Origin: a bacterium
GTDB taxonomy: Bacteria; Patescibacteriota; Microgenomatia; UBA1400; PJMF01
Length of the DNA stretch: 54,576 nt
Assembly: GCA_027620445.1 (NCBI GenBank)
Contig: JAQBYG010000004.1
Coordinates: 1 to 54,576 of the forward strand
Reading direction: 5' to 3'
The translations under genes and the position numbers were made by a program. Positions within the stretch are counted from its first letter, which is position 1, and each line of letters begins with the position of its first letter. The notes beneath the pieces were generated by a model. It did no database searches and was not told the origin of the DNA. It worked only from the letters and a program-made list of their open reading frames with translations. Positions 36,007 through 45,922 of this stretch are shown here, piece by piece.

Positions 36007-37127
36007 AAATACTAACAACTGGCGGCCATCTCACTCCAGCGCTCGCGTTTATAGACTACGTGGTGTGTCACTCAGATTTATCTGTCGAGTTTGTGTTTCT
36101 CGGTAGAACATTCTCTCAACTCGAAAATAAACAGCGCTCTCACGAGAGAAGGGCGATAGAAAAACGAAATATACGATTTATCCCCTTTCAATCTGGCAAA
36201 CTCTCATATCACTCACCACTTCAACTGATTACTCAGTCTTGGCAAGTTTGCGTAGGCCTTGTCCAAGCAATGAACATACTCAAAACAAAAAAACCGGATG
36301 TAGTAGTTCTTTTTGGTGGCTATCTGGCTGTCCCCGTTGCAATCGCCAGTTGGATCAAAAGAATTCCCGTCATTACTCATGAACAAACAGCGGTCGCCAG
36401 CCTAAGCAATCAAATAATCAGTCTCTTCAGCAAAAAAATCGCGGTCTCGTATCGCAGCTCGCTTTCGCAGTTTCCACAATCCAAAACTGTCTTCACTGGA
36501 AACTTGCTGCGCCAAAAACTAGAAGATAAGAGCCCAAAAATGCCAAATTGGTATGCAGCGACAGATAATTATCCCCTTCTGTACATCACGGGTGGCAACC
36601 AAGGATCGCAGGTCATCAACGCTACCATTGCACAAATTTTGCCCCAACTTACCAAAGACTGGACAATTATTCATCAATGTGGTGCGCCAACAAAAAAAAC
36701 AAACTATCGCCAACAACTCGAAGACGAAATAGCACGCCACTCAAAACCATCTCAACAACGCTACTTTGTAAAAGAGTGGATCACAGAAGACGAGCTTTCT
36801 TGGATTTACAAAAATGCTGCAATTGTTATCTCTCGAGCTGGCGCCAATACTGTTTTTGAGCTACAGCATTTTGGCATTCCTTCTATCCTGATTCCGCTGC
36901 CGTTTTCTCACAAGCAAGAACAATTGAGAAACGCAGAACAAGCAGTGCAATCCGGTGGTTCCATACTCTTGACACAAAATCATCTGAACCCTGAGTCACT
37001 GTTGGCTGCAATCAAGCAATTAGCTAGCAACCGAGCAGCACGAAGAAAAAAAATGCAGCTCGAGGACAAAGATGTGAACGGGACCAAAAAGTTCTGGGAT
37101 TTAGTCTCAAGTTGTTTCGTGACATGA
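36003..37127 (+). CDS. murG: undecaprenyldiphospho-muramoylpentapeptide beta-N-acetylglucosaminyltransferase
   Basis: TTGGHLTPALA G-loop, TGGNQGS, SRAGANTVFEL. dcw context. Confidence 0.85.
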   Translation: MKILTTGGHLTPALAFIDYVVCHSDLSVEFVFLGRTFSQLENKQRSHERRAIEKRNIRFIPFQSGKLSYHSPLQLITQSWQVCVGLVQAMNILKTKKPDVVVLFGGYLAVPVAIASWIKRIPVITHEQTAVASLSNQIISLFSKKIAVSYRSSLSQFPQSKTVFTGNLLRQKLEDKSPKMPNWYAATDNYPLLYITGGNQGSQVINATIAQILPQLTKDWTIIHQCGAPTKKTNYRQQLEDEIARHSKPSQQRYFVKEWITEDELSWIYKNAAIVISRAGANTVFELQHFGIPSILIPLPFSHKQEQLRNAEQAVQSGGSILLTQNHLNPESLLAAIKQLASNRAARRKKMQLEDKDVNGTKKFWDLVSSCFVT

Positions 37128-37831
37128 AACGCTCATTCCACCCAGAGTTGATTGGCGCAATCTTGGTTATATCATTGGCAACTTTTCTCACTTTCTTCCT
37201 TCGAGTCCAGACAATTACCTGTGTTACGACAAGTAATGATTTCTGTCCAAACGAAAAAGATCTCGAAGAGGTAAAAAATGAACGACTCTTTTTCAGCGAT
37301 TTTATGGCAAATGAAGTGATCCTAGCTTATGCAGCAAAACACGACCTGAGATTTTCAACGTATCAGCTGAGATTGCCAAATACACTACAGCTCTCATTTG
37401 AAGAAAACCCAATGGCATATCAAGTTGAGAGTGATACACAAGAGCGTTTCGCGGTCTCACAAATCGGTACAGCAAAACCGCTCCACGATCTTGAGCCAGA
37501 CACAAACAAGTTGGTTATAGTGCAAATCCCAGAAACATATCTACAAGCAAACACTCTCGTTCTCCCAGAGAATCTGCACCTTTTTCTCTTAGAACTGACG
37601 ACCGCTGAATACGCCAGGCTGAACAAAATGTTGGTCGTTGTGCCAAAGAGTGATTTTATTGAGCTGCAGATTGATTCTGGAATGAGAGCATTTTTGCCCT
37701 ACGAACAACCAAAACAAAAGCTGAAGCAATTACAACAAATCGTGCTATCTGAATCACTTACTGAGCTTACTGAACCAGTGAGAGAAATTGATCTGAGATT
37801 TGACTTACCAGTACTACGCACTCAACAATAA
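37124..37831 (+). CDS. ftsQ: FtsQ/DivIB-like cell division protein
   Basis: Single N-terminal TM (LIGAILVISLATFLTFFL) plus an extracytoplasmic domain. It sits between murG and ftsA. Sequence similarity is weak. Confidence 0.5.
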   Translation: MKRSFHPELIGAILVISLATFLTFFLRVQTITCVTTSNDFCPNEKDLEEVKNERLFFSDFMANEVILAYAAKHDLRFSTYQLRLPNTLQLSFEENPMAYQVESDTQERFAVSQIGTAKPLHDLEPDTNKLVIVQIPETYLQANTLVLPENLHLFLLELTTAEYARLNKMLVVVPKSDFIELQIDSGMRAFLPYEQPKQKLKQLQQIVLSESLTELTEPVREIDLRFDLPVLRTQQ

Positions 37832-37834
37832 TTT

Positions 37835-37843
37835 TGCTATGCT
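37835..37843 (+). promoter_or_regulatory. extended -10-like element TGcTATGCT, 16 nt upstream of the ftsA ATG
   Basis: Read directly in the 28-nt ftsQ-ftsA gap. Confidence 0.3.
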
Positions 37844-37859
37844 ACTCCCACACTAAACA

Positions 37860-39164
37860 ATGCCAGCACACTCGATAGTCACCGCCATTGACCTTGGTAC
37901 AGATAAATGCGCAACCTTGATCGCATCAATCGATGAACACCAAAAACTACAAGTTCTTGGAGTCAGCGTTGTGCCTGCTCGCGGCATGCGAAAAAGCCAG
38001 ATTATTGATCTAGAAAAAGTCGTCGATACTATTACACAGAGTCTTGATGGTGCAGAGCGGATGGCAGGACTAGAGGTAAAATCAGCATATGTGTCGGTCG
38101 GTGGCACGCACATTCAATCTCTCAATTCTAAAGGTGTGGTTGCTGTAGCTTCACCACAGCAAGAAATAACCAGCTCTGACGTCGAGCGTGTGACAGAGGC
38201 AGCAAGAGCACTGTCCTTGCCTTCTGATAGACAAATTATTCACGTCATTCCCAATGCCTACAAAGTTGATTCTCAAGACGGTATTAAGGACCCTGTTGGC
38301 ATGACTGGCGTTCGCCTCGAATCCGAAGCCCACATCATAACCGGACTCAACACCACACTTATTAATGTAGAGAAGTGCCTCACCGATCTCGGATTGCAGG
38401 TTGATGGTTTTGTTTTTTCAGGGCTTGCAGCAGCCGATGTGACTCTAACAGAAACTGAAAAAGAACTCGGTGTTGCTGCGGTAGACATTGGTGCAGGTTC
38501 GACATCAATCTGTGTTTACCTGGAGGGCTCACTCGTATTCTCAGCCTCGTTGCCAGTTGGTGCCAGACACATCACACAAGACATCGCGCTTGGTTGCCGA
38601 GTCAGCTTGGAAACAGCGGAAAAAATAAAAGTTGCGCTCTCTGATGAAACAAGTGAGATGCACAAACCACTTCCGGGGGAGTCAAAAGAAGACTTCAACA
38701 CCCGAAAAAAGAAACATGATGTGCTTCGTTTCCAAGATTTTGGTTTGGTGGACAACAGTGATGAAACACTCTCAAAGAGAGCGATTATTGATGGCATCAT
38801 GACACCAAGAATGCAAGAGATTTTCTCCCTGATAGAGAAGGCTCTTGATGAGGCAGATTTACTCACCGAAATCCCAGCCGGAGTAGTCCTAACCGGTGGT
38901 GGTGCGAGCACCTATGATATGGCAGCAATTGGAAAAAAAGAACTCCGCACGGCAGTCAGAATTGGTGAGCCAACAGTCCTCAGCGGGCTGACCAATGATA
39001 TTCATAAACCATCGTTTGCAACAGCGATTGGACTACTTGAGTATGGCAGAAAGCTTGGCGGCAGCACACAAAAACGCTCTTTTTCGCTCAAATCACTACC
39101 TAGTTTCAATCTAAACGGAGTATTTTCATCAATCAAAAGACTACTTTCTTCACTCCTTCCGTAG
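37860..39164 (+). CDS. ftsA: cell division protein FtsA
   Basis: Actin-fold motifs AIDLGTDKCATL, VDIGAGSTSI, LTGGGAS. Confidence 0.92.
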   Translation: MPAHSIVTAIDLGTDKCATLIASIDEHQKLQVLGVSVVPARGMRKSQIIDLEKVVDTITQSLDGAERMAGLEVKSAYVSVGGTHIQSLNSKGVVAVASPQQEITSSDVERVTEAARALSLPSDRQIIHVIPNAYKVDSQDGIKDPVGMTGVRLESEAHIITGLNTTLINVEKCLTDLGLQVDGFVFSGLAAADVTLTETEKELGVAAVDIGAGSTSICVYLEGSLVFSASLPVGARHITQDIALGCRVSLETAEKIKVALSDETSEMHKPLPGESKEDFNTRKKKHDVLRFQDFGLVDNSDETLSKRAIIDGIMTPRMQEIFSLIEKALDEADLLTEIPAGVVLTGGGASTYDMAAIGKKELRTAVRIGEPTVLSGLTNDIHKPSFATAIGLLEYGRKLGGSTQKRSFSLKSLPSFNLNGVFSSIKRLLSSLLP

Positions 39165-39223
39165 AAGATTCTAGGCACAGTTGATTCTCGGGCAATAGAT
39201 GATACACTGCGAGATATATCGAT

Positions 39224-40480
39224 ATGGCACTTGTAAAACCCTCAAACACAACCTTCGCAAAAATTAAAGTCATTGGCATTGGCGGTGGTGGCAGCAATGC
39301 CGTCAACTCAATGATTAGCTCCAAGCAAATTCAAGGCGTAGAGTTCATAGCCATTAACACCGATGCGCAAGCTTTACTGACTTCTCAAGCAGAAACAAAA
39401 TTACAGATTGGGTCTAATTTCACCAAGGGACTTGGTTCTGGCGCCGATCCAGAAGTAGGCAAAACTGCAGCCGAAGAATCCTACGAAAAACTCAAAGACT
39501 TGCTCTACGACACTGACATGGTTTTTATCACCGCTGGTATGGGTGGAGGCACAGGAACCGGCGCATCCCCAGTTGTAGCAGAAATTGCCAAACAATCTGG
39601 CGCGCTCACTGTTGCAGTTGTTACGAAACCGTTTGCATTCGAGGGCACCAGGAGAATGACCGCCGCCGAAGAAGGAATTGCACTCCTGCGCGAAACTGTT
39701 GATACGCTGATCGTCATCCCCAACCAACGATTGATGGATGTTGTTGATAAAAAAATGACTTTGCTCGATGCATTTCGACTGGCAGATAATGTTTTGGGAC
39801 AAGGTGTGCAGGGCATTTCTGATCTGATAACTGTACCAGGACTCATCAATGTCGATTTCGCCGACGTCAAAACCATCATGACCGACTCAGGCTCAGCTCT
39901 CATGGGTATCGGCGAGGCCAGTGGAGAAAATCGCGCCTCTACAGCTGCGCGCATGGCGATCGCATCACCTCTACTTGAGGTCTCAATCGAAGGCGCAAGA
40001 GGCATCTTGTTCAACATCATCGGTGGCTCAGATATGACCATGACTGAGGTCTCTGATGCTTCGCAAATTATTTCGAACGCCGCCGATCCACAAGCTAACG
40101 TTATTTTTGGCGCCACCATTGACGAAACAATGGGAAATAGCATTAAAATTAGCGTGATCGCGACTGGATTTGATGAGCGACAGATGGGATTTGCTGGCTC
40201 AAAGCGACAAATGTTTGGTGCGTACAGCGGGGATTCACAATCACGAATAAGTAAGCAGGCACAGGATGAACCACAAGGGACAAAAATTGACCGAGCTCCT
40301 AGTGGATTCACCCAACCACTCACAACGACACAGATTACTTCAAGTGATGCGCCATTCGTACAGTCAGAAGACTTCGAACCAGAAAAACCAGCGCAAAAAA
40401 GCAAGCAGCAAACAGCTGCCGCAACAGCAGAGTTTGAAGACGAATTTGAAATCCCAGCCTTCTTGCGAAAAAAGCAGTAA
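39224..40480 (+). CDS. ftsZ: cell division protein FtsZ
   Basis: [13 protein letters not shown], tubulin signature [20 protein letters not shown], and the C-terminal FtsA-binding peptide [10 protein letters not shown]. Confidence 0.98.
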   Translation: MALVKPSNTTFAKIKVIGIGGGGSNAVNSMISSKQIQGVEFIAINTDAQALLTSQAETKLQIGSNFTKGLGSGADPEVGKTAAEESYEKLKDLLYDTDMVFITAGMGGGTGTGASPVVAEIAKQSGALTVAVVTKPFAFEGTRRMTAAEEGIALLRETVDTLIVIPNQRLMDVVDKKMTLLDAFRLADNVLGQGVQGISDLITVPGLINVDFADVKTIMTDSGSALMGIGEASGENRASTAARMAIASPLLEVSIEGARGILFNIIGGSDMTMTEVSDASQIISNAADPQANVIFGATIDETMGNSIKISVIATGFDERQMGFAGSKRQMFGAYSGDSQSRISKQAQDEPQGTKIDRAPSGFTQPLTTTQITSSDAPFVQSEDFEPEKPAQKSKQQTAAATAEFEDEFEIPAFLRKKQ

Positions 40481-40498
40481 CCAATTAGACCTCCTTCG

Positions 40499-40527
40499 TT
40501 GACAAACCAATTGTTTGTATAGACAAT
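40499..40527 (+). promoter_or_regulatory. sigma70-like promoter TTGACA-17 nt-GACAAT upstream of ileS
   Basis: TTGACA at 40499-504, a 17-nt spacer, GACAAT at 40522-27, and the ATG at 40553. Confidence 0.4.
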
Positions 40528-40529
40528 AC

Positions 40530-40542
40530 GGAGTGTCACTCC
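40530..40542. repeat. 13-nt palindrome GGAGTG-T-CACTCC in the ileS leader
   Basis: Read directly. It lies between the promoter-like element and the ATG. Confidence 0.5.
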
Positions 40543-40552
40543 AGGCCACATC

Positions 40553-43372
40553 ATGTCAAAAACACTTGCATCTTTTCCCACAACACTCGATCTACCTCAG
40601 CTAGAACGTGCTCTCATTGCTTTTTGGCAGGAAAACAAGACCTTTGAAAAATCTGTCGAGAGTCGCCCCAAAAACAAACAGTATGTCTTCTACGACGGTC
40701 CGCCGTTTGCCACCGGCATGCCGCATTACGGACACTTGCTCGGTTCAACCAGTAAAGATGTATTTCCTCGCTACTGGACAATGAAGGGGTATCGAGTCGA
40801 GCGAGTCTGGGGTTGGGACTGTCACGGCTTGCCAATTGAGAACATGATCGAGAAGAAGCTTGGTCTTACGCACGGCAAGCAGGAGATTGAGGCTTACGGA
40901 ATTGACAACTTTAATGCCGCTTGTCGATCAGAAGTACTCCGCCTCGACGGCGAGTGGAAAACCATCATCGATCGTCTCGGCCGATGGGTGGACTTTGACA
41001 ACAACTACAAAACAATGGACGCGACGTACATGGAGTCTGTCTGGTGGGGATTCAAGCAGTTGGCAGAAAAAGGCCTAGTGTACCAAGGAAAGAAAGTAAT
41101 TTTATACTGCTCGCGCTGTACCACGCCACTCTCCAATTTTGAAATTGCCATGGATAATAGTTACAGCGAAGTCACCGACACCGCTACGACCTACAAATAC
41201 AAAATTTCGGGAACAAAGAATCAGTACTTACTTGCATGGTCGACCACACCTTGGAATAAACTAGCGACACCAGCCCTAGCAGTGCATCCTTCGCTAGAGT
41301 ACGTGACTGTCCGACAAGGTGATAAGCAGTTTATTCTTGCCAAAACTCGTTTGGAAATGCTCAAAGCAGAACCGTACGAGGTCATTGCAACCCAAACGGG
41401 CAAAGAGTTAACAAAACTGACGTTTGAACCACATTTTGATTTCTTTCCCGATAGACAAGCTGATGAAAAGTTTGGCGTCATAGTAGCGGATGCGTTTGTA
41501 ACCGATGCTGAAGGTACGGGTGTGGTGACGCTCGCTGCGTACGGTGAGGACGATTATCGCGTTATACAGGAACATGGCATTCAGATTATCGAGCATGTAG
41601 ATGATCACGGCAGGCTGAAAAAAGTGATTGGAAACTGGGCGGGCAAAACACTCAATCAAGCGAACCAACTTGTCGACGAAGCACTTTTGGAGCGCAATTT
41701 AATCTACAAGCAGGAAGCACATACGCACAGTGTCGCCGAGTGTTATCGCTGTGGGACAAAACTCTACCACGCACCATTACCTGCCTGGTTTATCGATGTG
41801 CAAAAACTCAAACCAGCCCTCAAAGATGCCAATGAAACCATGAACTGGTTCCCCAATCATCTCAAAAACGGCCGCTTCGGCAATGGATTGTCTACAGCCC
41901 CAGACTGGAATATCTCCCGCTCTCGCTACTGGGGAACACCGCTACCCATTTGGCGCGCAGAAGATGGAACAGAGCGGATCATTGGCTCAATTGCAGAGTT
42001 GCAAGAATGGGCGTGCAAGCCTGACGAAGTCGTCGGATTGAGTGACATTCATCGAGAAAGCATCGATCACATAACGGTTTGGGTTGACGATGCAAAAACC
42101 ATCGTCGGAAAGCGCGTGCCAGAAGTCTTTGATTGTTGGGTGGAGTCAGGCTCGATGCCGTTCGCCTCACGACACTATCCATTCGAAAATGAACAAGAAT
42201 TTGAAACGTCATACCCCGCCCAATTTGTGAGCGAGTACATCGCGCAGACAAGAGCCTGGTTTTATACCATGCATGTGCTGTCGGTCGGAATTTTTGGTAA
42301 ACCAGCTGTAGAAAATACCGTAACCACCGGTACCATTTTGGCGGCCGACGGCAGCAAAATGAGCAAATCAAAGAACAACTTTCCCGATCCAATGAAAGTT
42401 ATCGACACCTACGGGGCAGATAGTTTGCGGCTGTATCTCATGAGCTCTCCGGTTATGAAATCAGAAAACTTAAGCTTCAACGAACAAGAGGTTTCAGACA
42501 TACGTAAAAAAGTATTTCTCATTTGGTACAACTGCATCTCACTCTACAAACTGAATAATCCCACAGACTCGCCATTTCAAGAGATAAGCAACCAACCAAA
42601 AGACATCCTCGACCGTTGGATTCTCAGCAGAGTGCAAACAACCATTGCTGAGACAACAGCAAAAATGGACGCCTACAATGTAGTTGATGCGTCTCGCATT
42701 CTCATGCAGCTCGTACAAGAAATCTCTACCTGGTATGTACGACGCAGTCGAGAACGACTGGCAGACAAATCCAACGCAGAATCTCTGGCCGTCTATGGCA
42801 CCGTTCTCTCGCAACTCGCGCGCTTATTCGCTCCCATCACACCATTCTTTGCAGAGTTTGTGCACCAACAACTAACTGACAAAGACTCGAGCATCCACTT
42901 ACTTGATTGGCCGTTAGCAGATACCAAGCTGCAAGATAGAGAGCTCGAAGCACAAATGAGCACCATTAGAAAAGTCGTTGAACTCGCGCACGCCGCTCGC
43001 TCCGCAGCAGGTATCAAGATTCGCCAACCGCTCAGTAGTATCTCTGTTTGGGATGTTGCAGAGTCACCAAGCGAAGAAATTCTCGAGGTTCTCAAGGCAG
43101 AAACTAATATCAAAGCAGTCGTCTGGTTGCGAACAACCGAGCAAGGACGCGTGGAGCTCGATACAAAACTCACTCCCGAACTAGAAGCTGAGGGCTCTGC
43201 AAGAGACTTGATGCGATCTATTCAAGTCTTGCGCAGAAATCAGGGACTCAAAAAAGGCGAGTCAGCAGTCGTCACAACACCCGAGATTCCAAATGGCTGG
43301 AAAACAGAAATCGAAAAAAAGACTGGTGTGAAACTTACCCTCGGACCCAAGCTCACACTAGAAATTGGATGA
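40553..43372 (+). CDS. ileS: isoleucine--tRNA ligase, type 2 (eukaryote-like)
   Basis: GPPFATGMPHYGHLLGS (HIGH region of the eukaryote-like type), WDCHGLPIE, KMSKS. Length 939 aa. Confidence 0.95.
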   Translation: MSKTLASFPTTLDLPQLERALIAFWQENKTFEKSVESRPKNKQYVFYDGPPFATGMPHYGHLLGSTSKDVFPRYWTMKGYRVERVWGWDCHGLPIENMIEKKLGLTHGKQEIEAYGIDNFNAACRSEVLRLDGEWKTIIDRLGRWVDFDNNYKTMDATYMESVWWGFKQLAEKGLVYQGKKVILYCSRCTTPLSNFEIAMDNSYSEVTDTATTYKYKISGTKNQYLLAWSTTPWNKLATPALAVHPSLEYVTVRQGDKQFILAKTRLEMLKAEPYEVIATQTGKELTKLTFEPHFDFFPDRQADEKFGVIVADAFVTDAEGTGVVTLAAYGEDDYRVIQEHGIQIIEHVDDHGRLKKVIGNWAGKTLNQANQLVDEALLERNLIYKQEAHTHSVAECYRCGTKLYHAPLPAWFIDVQKLKPALKDANETMNWFPNHLKNGRFGNGLSTAPDWNISRSRYWGTPLPIWRAEDGTERIIGSIAELQEWACKPDEVVGLSDIHRESIDHITVWVDDAKTIVGKRVPEVFDCWVESGSMPFASRHYPFENEQEFETSYPAQFVSEYIAQTRAWFYTMHVLSVGIFGKPAVENTVTTGTILAADGSKMSKSKNNFPDPMKVIDTYGADSLRLYLMSSPVMKSENLSFNEQEVSDIRKKVFLIWYNCISLYKLNNPTDSPFQEISNQPKDILDRWILSRVQTTIAETTAKMDAYNVVDASRILMQLVQEISTWYVRRSRERLADKSNAESLAVYGTVLSQLARLFAPITPFFAEFVHQQLTDKDSSIHLLDWPLADTKLQDRELEAQMSTIRKVVELAHAARSAAGIKIRQPLSSISVWDVAESPSEEILEVLKAETNIKAVVWLRTTEQGRVELDTKLTPELEAEGSARDLMRSIQVLRRNQGLKKGESAVVTTPEIPNGWKTEIEKKTGVKLTLGPKLTLEIG

Positions 43373-44427
43373 AGCAGTTATTTTTACCAACCTTACTTGG
43401 CTGCTTTGCTGTTCTCAGCAGCAGCACCCTGTACGGACTAGATCCTTCTCTCGGAGTTCGTCAGTTGCTGTTTTTTTTCCTTAGCTTTGGTGTCTTCTTT
43501 GGCATAAAAAAGTACTCATTTAAAAGCATTCAATCCCATGCCAATCTTTTTTATGCGGTAACGATAGGATTACTGCTCATCGCGCTGCTTTTCTCATCAG
43601 AAGTACGAAACACCAACCGGTGGATCTCGTTTGGTTTTTTTAATCTACAACCATCGCAACTTGCACTACCTGCGTTAGCGCTCATACTCGCTAATTTCAC
43701 ACAAAAAAAACTATCGTTTCCAGCGCTCATCAAAATGGCTCTCCTGACACTAGCTCCTGCTGTGTTGATTTTTCTCCAACCAAACCTGAGTATGTCACTC
43801 CTTGTGCTGTTTGTAGCTGGATCTATCTTTTGGATGCAGCCCATTCCACTCAAAACCTACTTGTTCGGAGGACTCGCTGCCGTGGCACTTTCAGCAGTTG
43901 GCTGGTTCTTTCTTTTACAACCTTACCAAAAAGAGAGGATCGAAAGTTTCTTGCAACCTGGAGATACCATCTCAGCTGCCACCTACAACGTTGAACAATC
44001 AAAAATTGCCATCGGTTCTGGCAGAGTGTTCGGCAGGGGCGTACGACATGGCACCCAATCGCAACTGCAGTTTTTACCCGAGAAAGAAACAGATTTTATT
44101 TTTGCCTCATTCTCAGAAGAGTTTGGTTGGATTGGCGCAATGATTGTGATCGGATTGTATGCCAGCCTACTTACATACCTGCTTGGATTAATCCAAAAAA
44201 CTAAGGTTGCTGCCGGCCGGATCTTTTTGGTCAGTATAACCACACTTTTCTTGGCACAAATTGGCAGTAATATCGGTATGAATCTTGGACTACTGCCAGT
44301 TACTGGGGTTGCGCTGCCGCTCCTTTCGTATGGCGGAAGCTCGCTTCTCAGCACCGCACTGATTTTTGGAGTAATTCAGAGCATTGCTACCGAGACGAAC
44401 AGCCGTCCCTACCTCCAAATAGAGTGA
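43369..44427 (+). CDS. rodA: SEDS-family protein, RodA-like
   Basis: LPEKETDFIFASFSEEFGWIG and LPLLSYGGSS. This is the second SEDS paralogue, outside the dcw cluster. Confidence 0.75.
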   Translation: MKQLFLPTLLGCFAVLSSSTLYGLDPSLGVRQLLFFFLSFGVFFGIKKYSFKSIQSHANLFYAVTIGLLLIALLFSSEVRNTNRWISFGFFNLQPSQLALPALALILANFTQKKLSFPALIKMALLTLAPAVLIFLQPNLSMSLLVLFVAGSIFWMQPIPLKTYLFGGLAAVALSAVGWFFLLQPYQKERIESFLQPGDTISAATYNVEQSKIAIGSGRVFGRGVRHGTQSQLQFLPEKETDFIFASFSEEFGWIGAMIVIGLYASLLTYLLGLIQKTKVAAGRIFLVSITTLFLAQIGSNIGMNLGLLPVTGVALPLLSYGGSSLLSTALIFGVIQSIATETNSRPYLQIE

Positions 44428-44432
44428 AATCG

Positions 44433-44441
44433 TGATATACT
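44433..44441 (+). promoter_or_regulatory. extended -10 element TGaTATACT, 9 nt upstream of the rplU ATG
   Basis: Read directly: cgTGaTATACTaccgaccttATG. Confidence 0.45.
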
Positions 44442-44450
44442 ACCGACCTT

Positions 44451-44786
44451 ATGTCAAAAACAACTTCGCTATTTGCAGTCATTCAGTTAGCCGGAAAGCA
44501 ATTTCTGGTCGAAGAAGGCATGAATCTCATAGTTCCTCGTCTCAAAAATAATGAGGGAGAAACTATCACTATTCCAGATGTACTCTTAGTACAAAATGAT
44601 GCCGTCACAACTGTCGGTACCCCAACAGTAGCCGGCGCAAGTGTCACCGCAATGCTCGACAAACAGCAAAAAGCAGAGAAAATCCGTGTTGCAACCTACA
44701 AATCAAAATCTCGCCACCGCCGAGTGCTCGGCCACCGACAACCAGAATCGGTGATCACTATTCAGAAGATCTCACTTAAAAAGTAA
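44451..44786 (+). CDS. rplU: 50S ribosomal protein L21
   Basis: FAVIQLAGKQFLVEEG...KSKSRHRRVLGHRQ. Confidence 0.93.
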   Translation: MSKTTSLFAVIQLAGKQFLVEEGMNLIVPRLKNNEGETITIPDVLLVQNDAVTTVGTPTVAGASVTAMLDKQQKAEKIRVATYKSKSRHRRVLGHRQPESVITIQKISLKK

Positions 44787-44790
44787 CTCA

Positions 44791-45921
44791 ATGTACACAC
44801 ATTTTTTTCAGCTTGGCACCACTCCCAAGCTTTCTTTTGCCGAGCTCACCAGCGTGATCGATGCACAACTGCTCGAGGAAATCACCGAGCAGATAATCGG
44901 CATGACAGCCACCGACGTCGTAGACGTCCAAGCATTGCAGAATCGCCTTGCTGGGTGTGTCAAAATTTTTGAGAATCTCGCGGTACTCCCAACAACAACT
45001 CCAGAGGACATTGCGAAAGCTATCGCAGATCATACCGTAGACAGCCGCATCAACTTTGCCCTTGGTGAATTTGCTACTCCAATAGAGGAGAGAATTGACG
45101 TTGCAGAAATCAAAAAAGAACTAACCCAACTTGGCAAATCAGTTCGCTTTATCGAAGGCAATCGAACTGGAATCTCAGCAGCTGTGTTGCTTCATCAAAA
45201 AAAAGTGCAAGAGTTTGTCATCATCGCTACACCCAATTGCTCATACTTAGCTCGCACCGTCACTGTGCAGAATATCGATGACTGGACAGTTCGGGACCGC
45301 AGAAAACCGTATGCCAATCGCAAAAAGGGCATGCTGCCACCAAAAGTGGCACGGATGTTACTGAACATTAATTGCGCATACGATCACTCAAAAAGCCGGG
45401 TAGTACTCGATCCCTTTTGCGGAGCAGGCAACATCCTGCTCGAAAATGCCATGCTCGGTGTAGCTGGAGTCGGCGTCGACATAGATACGAAATCTATCAC
45501 TGGGACAATCGATAACCTCAGGTGGTGGAGTGAAACATACGAAAAAGAGCACAATCAACAGGTATTTCCAGGAGACGCCACGCATGTACCAGAGCAGATA
45601 GCAAGCTCCGTTACTGCGATCGTCACCGAACCATTTCTCGGTAAACCGAAACCGAAACCAGAGCAAGTTCACGATATCTTTCGTGGACTCGAAAAACTGT
45701 ACCTCGGTGCCTTCAAGAACTGGCGTACTTTTTTGCCAAACAACGCACCGGTAACCATAGTTTTCCCACATACGATGGTCAAAGATCTTGAGTACAACAT
45801 GACTCACTTGATTGACAAACTTTTACCTCTCGGATACACTACTGTATCTGGTCCGCTCGAATACAGTAGACCGGACGCAATTGTAAGTCGTTCAATTTAT
45901 ACGTTTATACTAAAGAAATAA
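44791..45921 (+). CDS. class I SAM-dependent methyltransferase, UPF0020/Trm11-like (putative RNA methylase) with an N-terminal non-catalytic domain
   Basis: Motif [16 protein letters not shown]. Motif IV-like IVTEPFLG occupies the (D/N)PP(Y/F) position. A pre-domain of about 190 aa. Confidence 0.55.
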   Translation: MYTHFFQLGTTPKLSFAELTSVIDAQLLEEITEQIIGMTATDVVDVQALQNRLAGCVKIFENLAVLPTTTPEDIAKAIADHTVDSRINFALGEFATPIEERIDVAEIKKELTQLGKSVRFIEGNRTGISAAVLLHQKKVQEFVIIATPNCSYLARTVTVQNIDDWTVRDRRKPYANRKKGMLPPKVARMLLNINCAYDHSKSRVVLDPFCGAGNILLENAMLGVAGVGVDIDTKSITGTIDNLRWWSETYEKEHNQQVFPGDATHVPEQIASSVTAIVTEPFLGKPKPKPEQVHDIFRGLEKLYLGAFKNWRTFLPNNAPVTIVFPHTMVKDLEYNMTHLIDKLLPLGYTTVSGPLEYSRPDAIVSRSIYTFILKK

Positions 45922-45922
45922 T

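Noticed and set aside
40481-40552. Possible T-box or other riboswitch leader upstream of ileS, and likewise upstream of glyQS at 22135-22161.
   Set aside because: The gaps are only 72 and 27 nt, far too short for a T-box leader of about 200 nt or more. No specifier or antiterminator elements are seen.
39505-40581. 358-aa ORF on the minus strand, antisense to almost the whole of ftsZ.
   Set aside because: It lies entirely opposite a certain gene. Its product is low-complexity (Ser/Ala/Val/Pro-rich), as expected from reading Gly/Ala/Thr-rich codons backwards. It has no start-site signals, so it is a shadow ORF.
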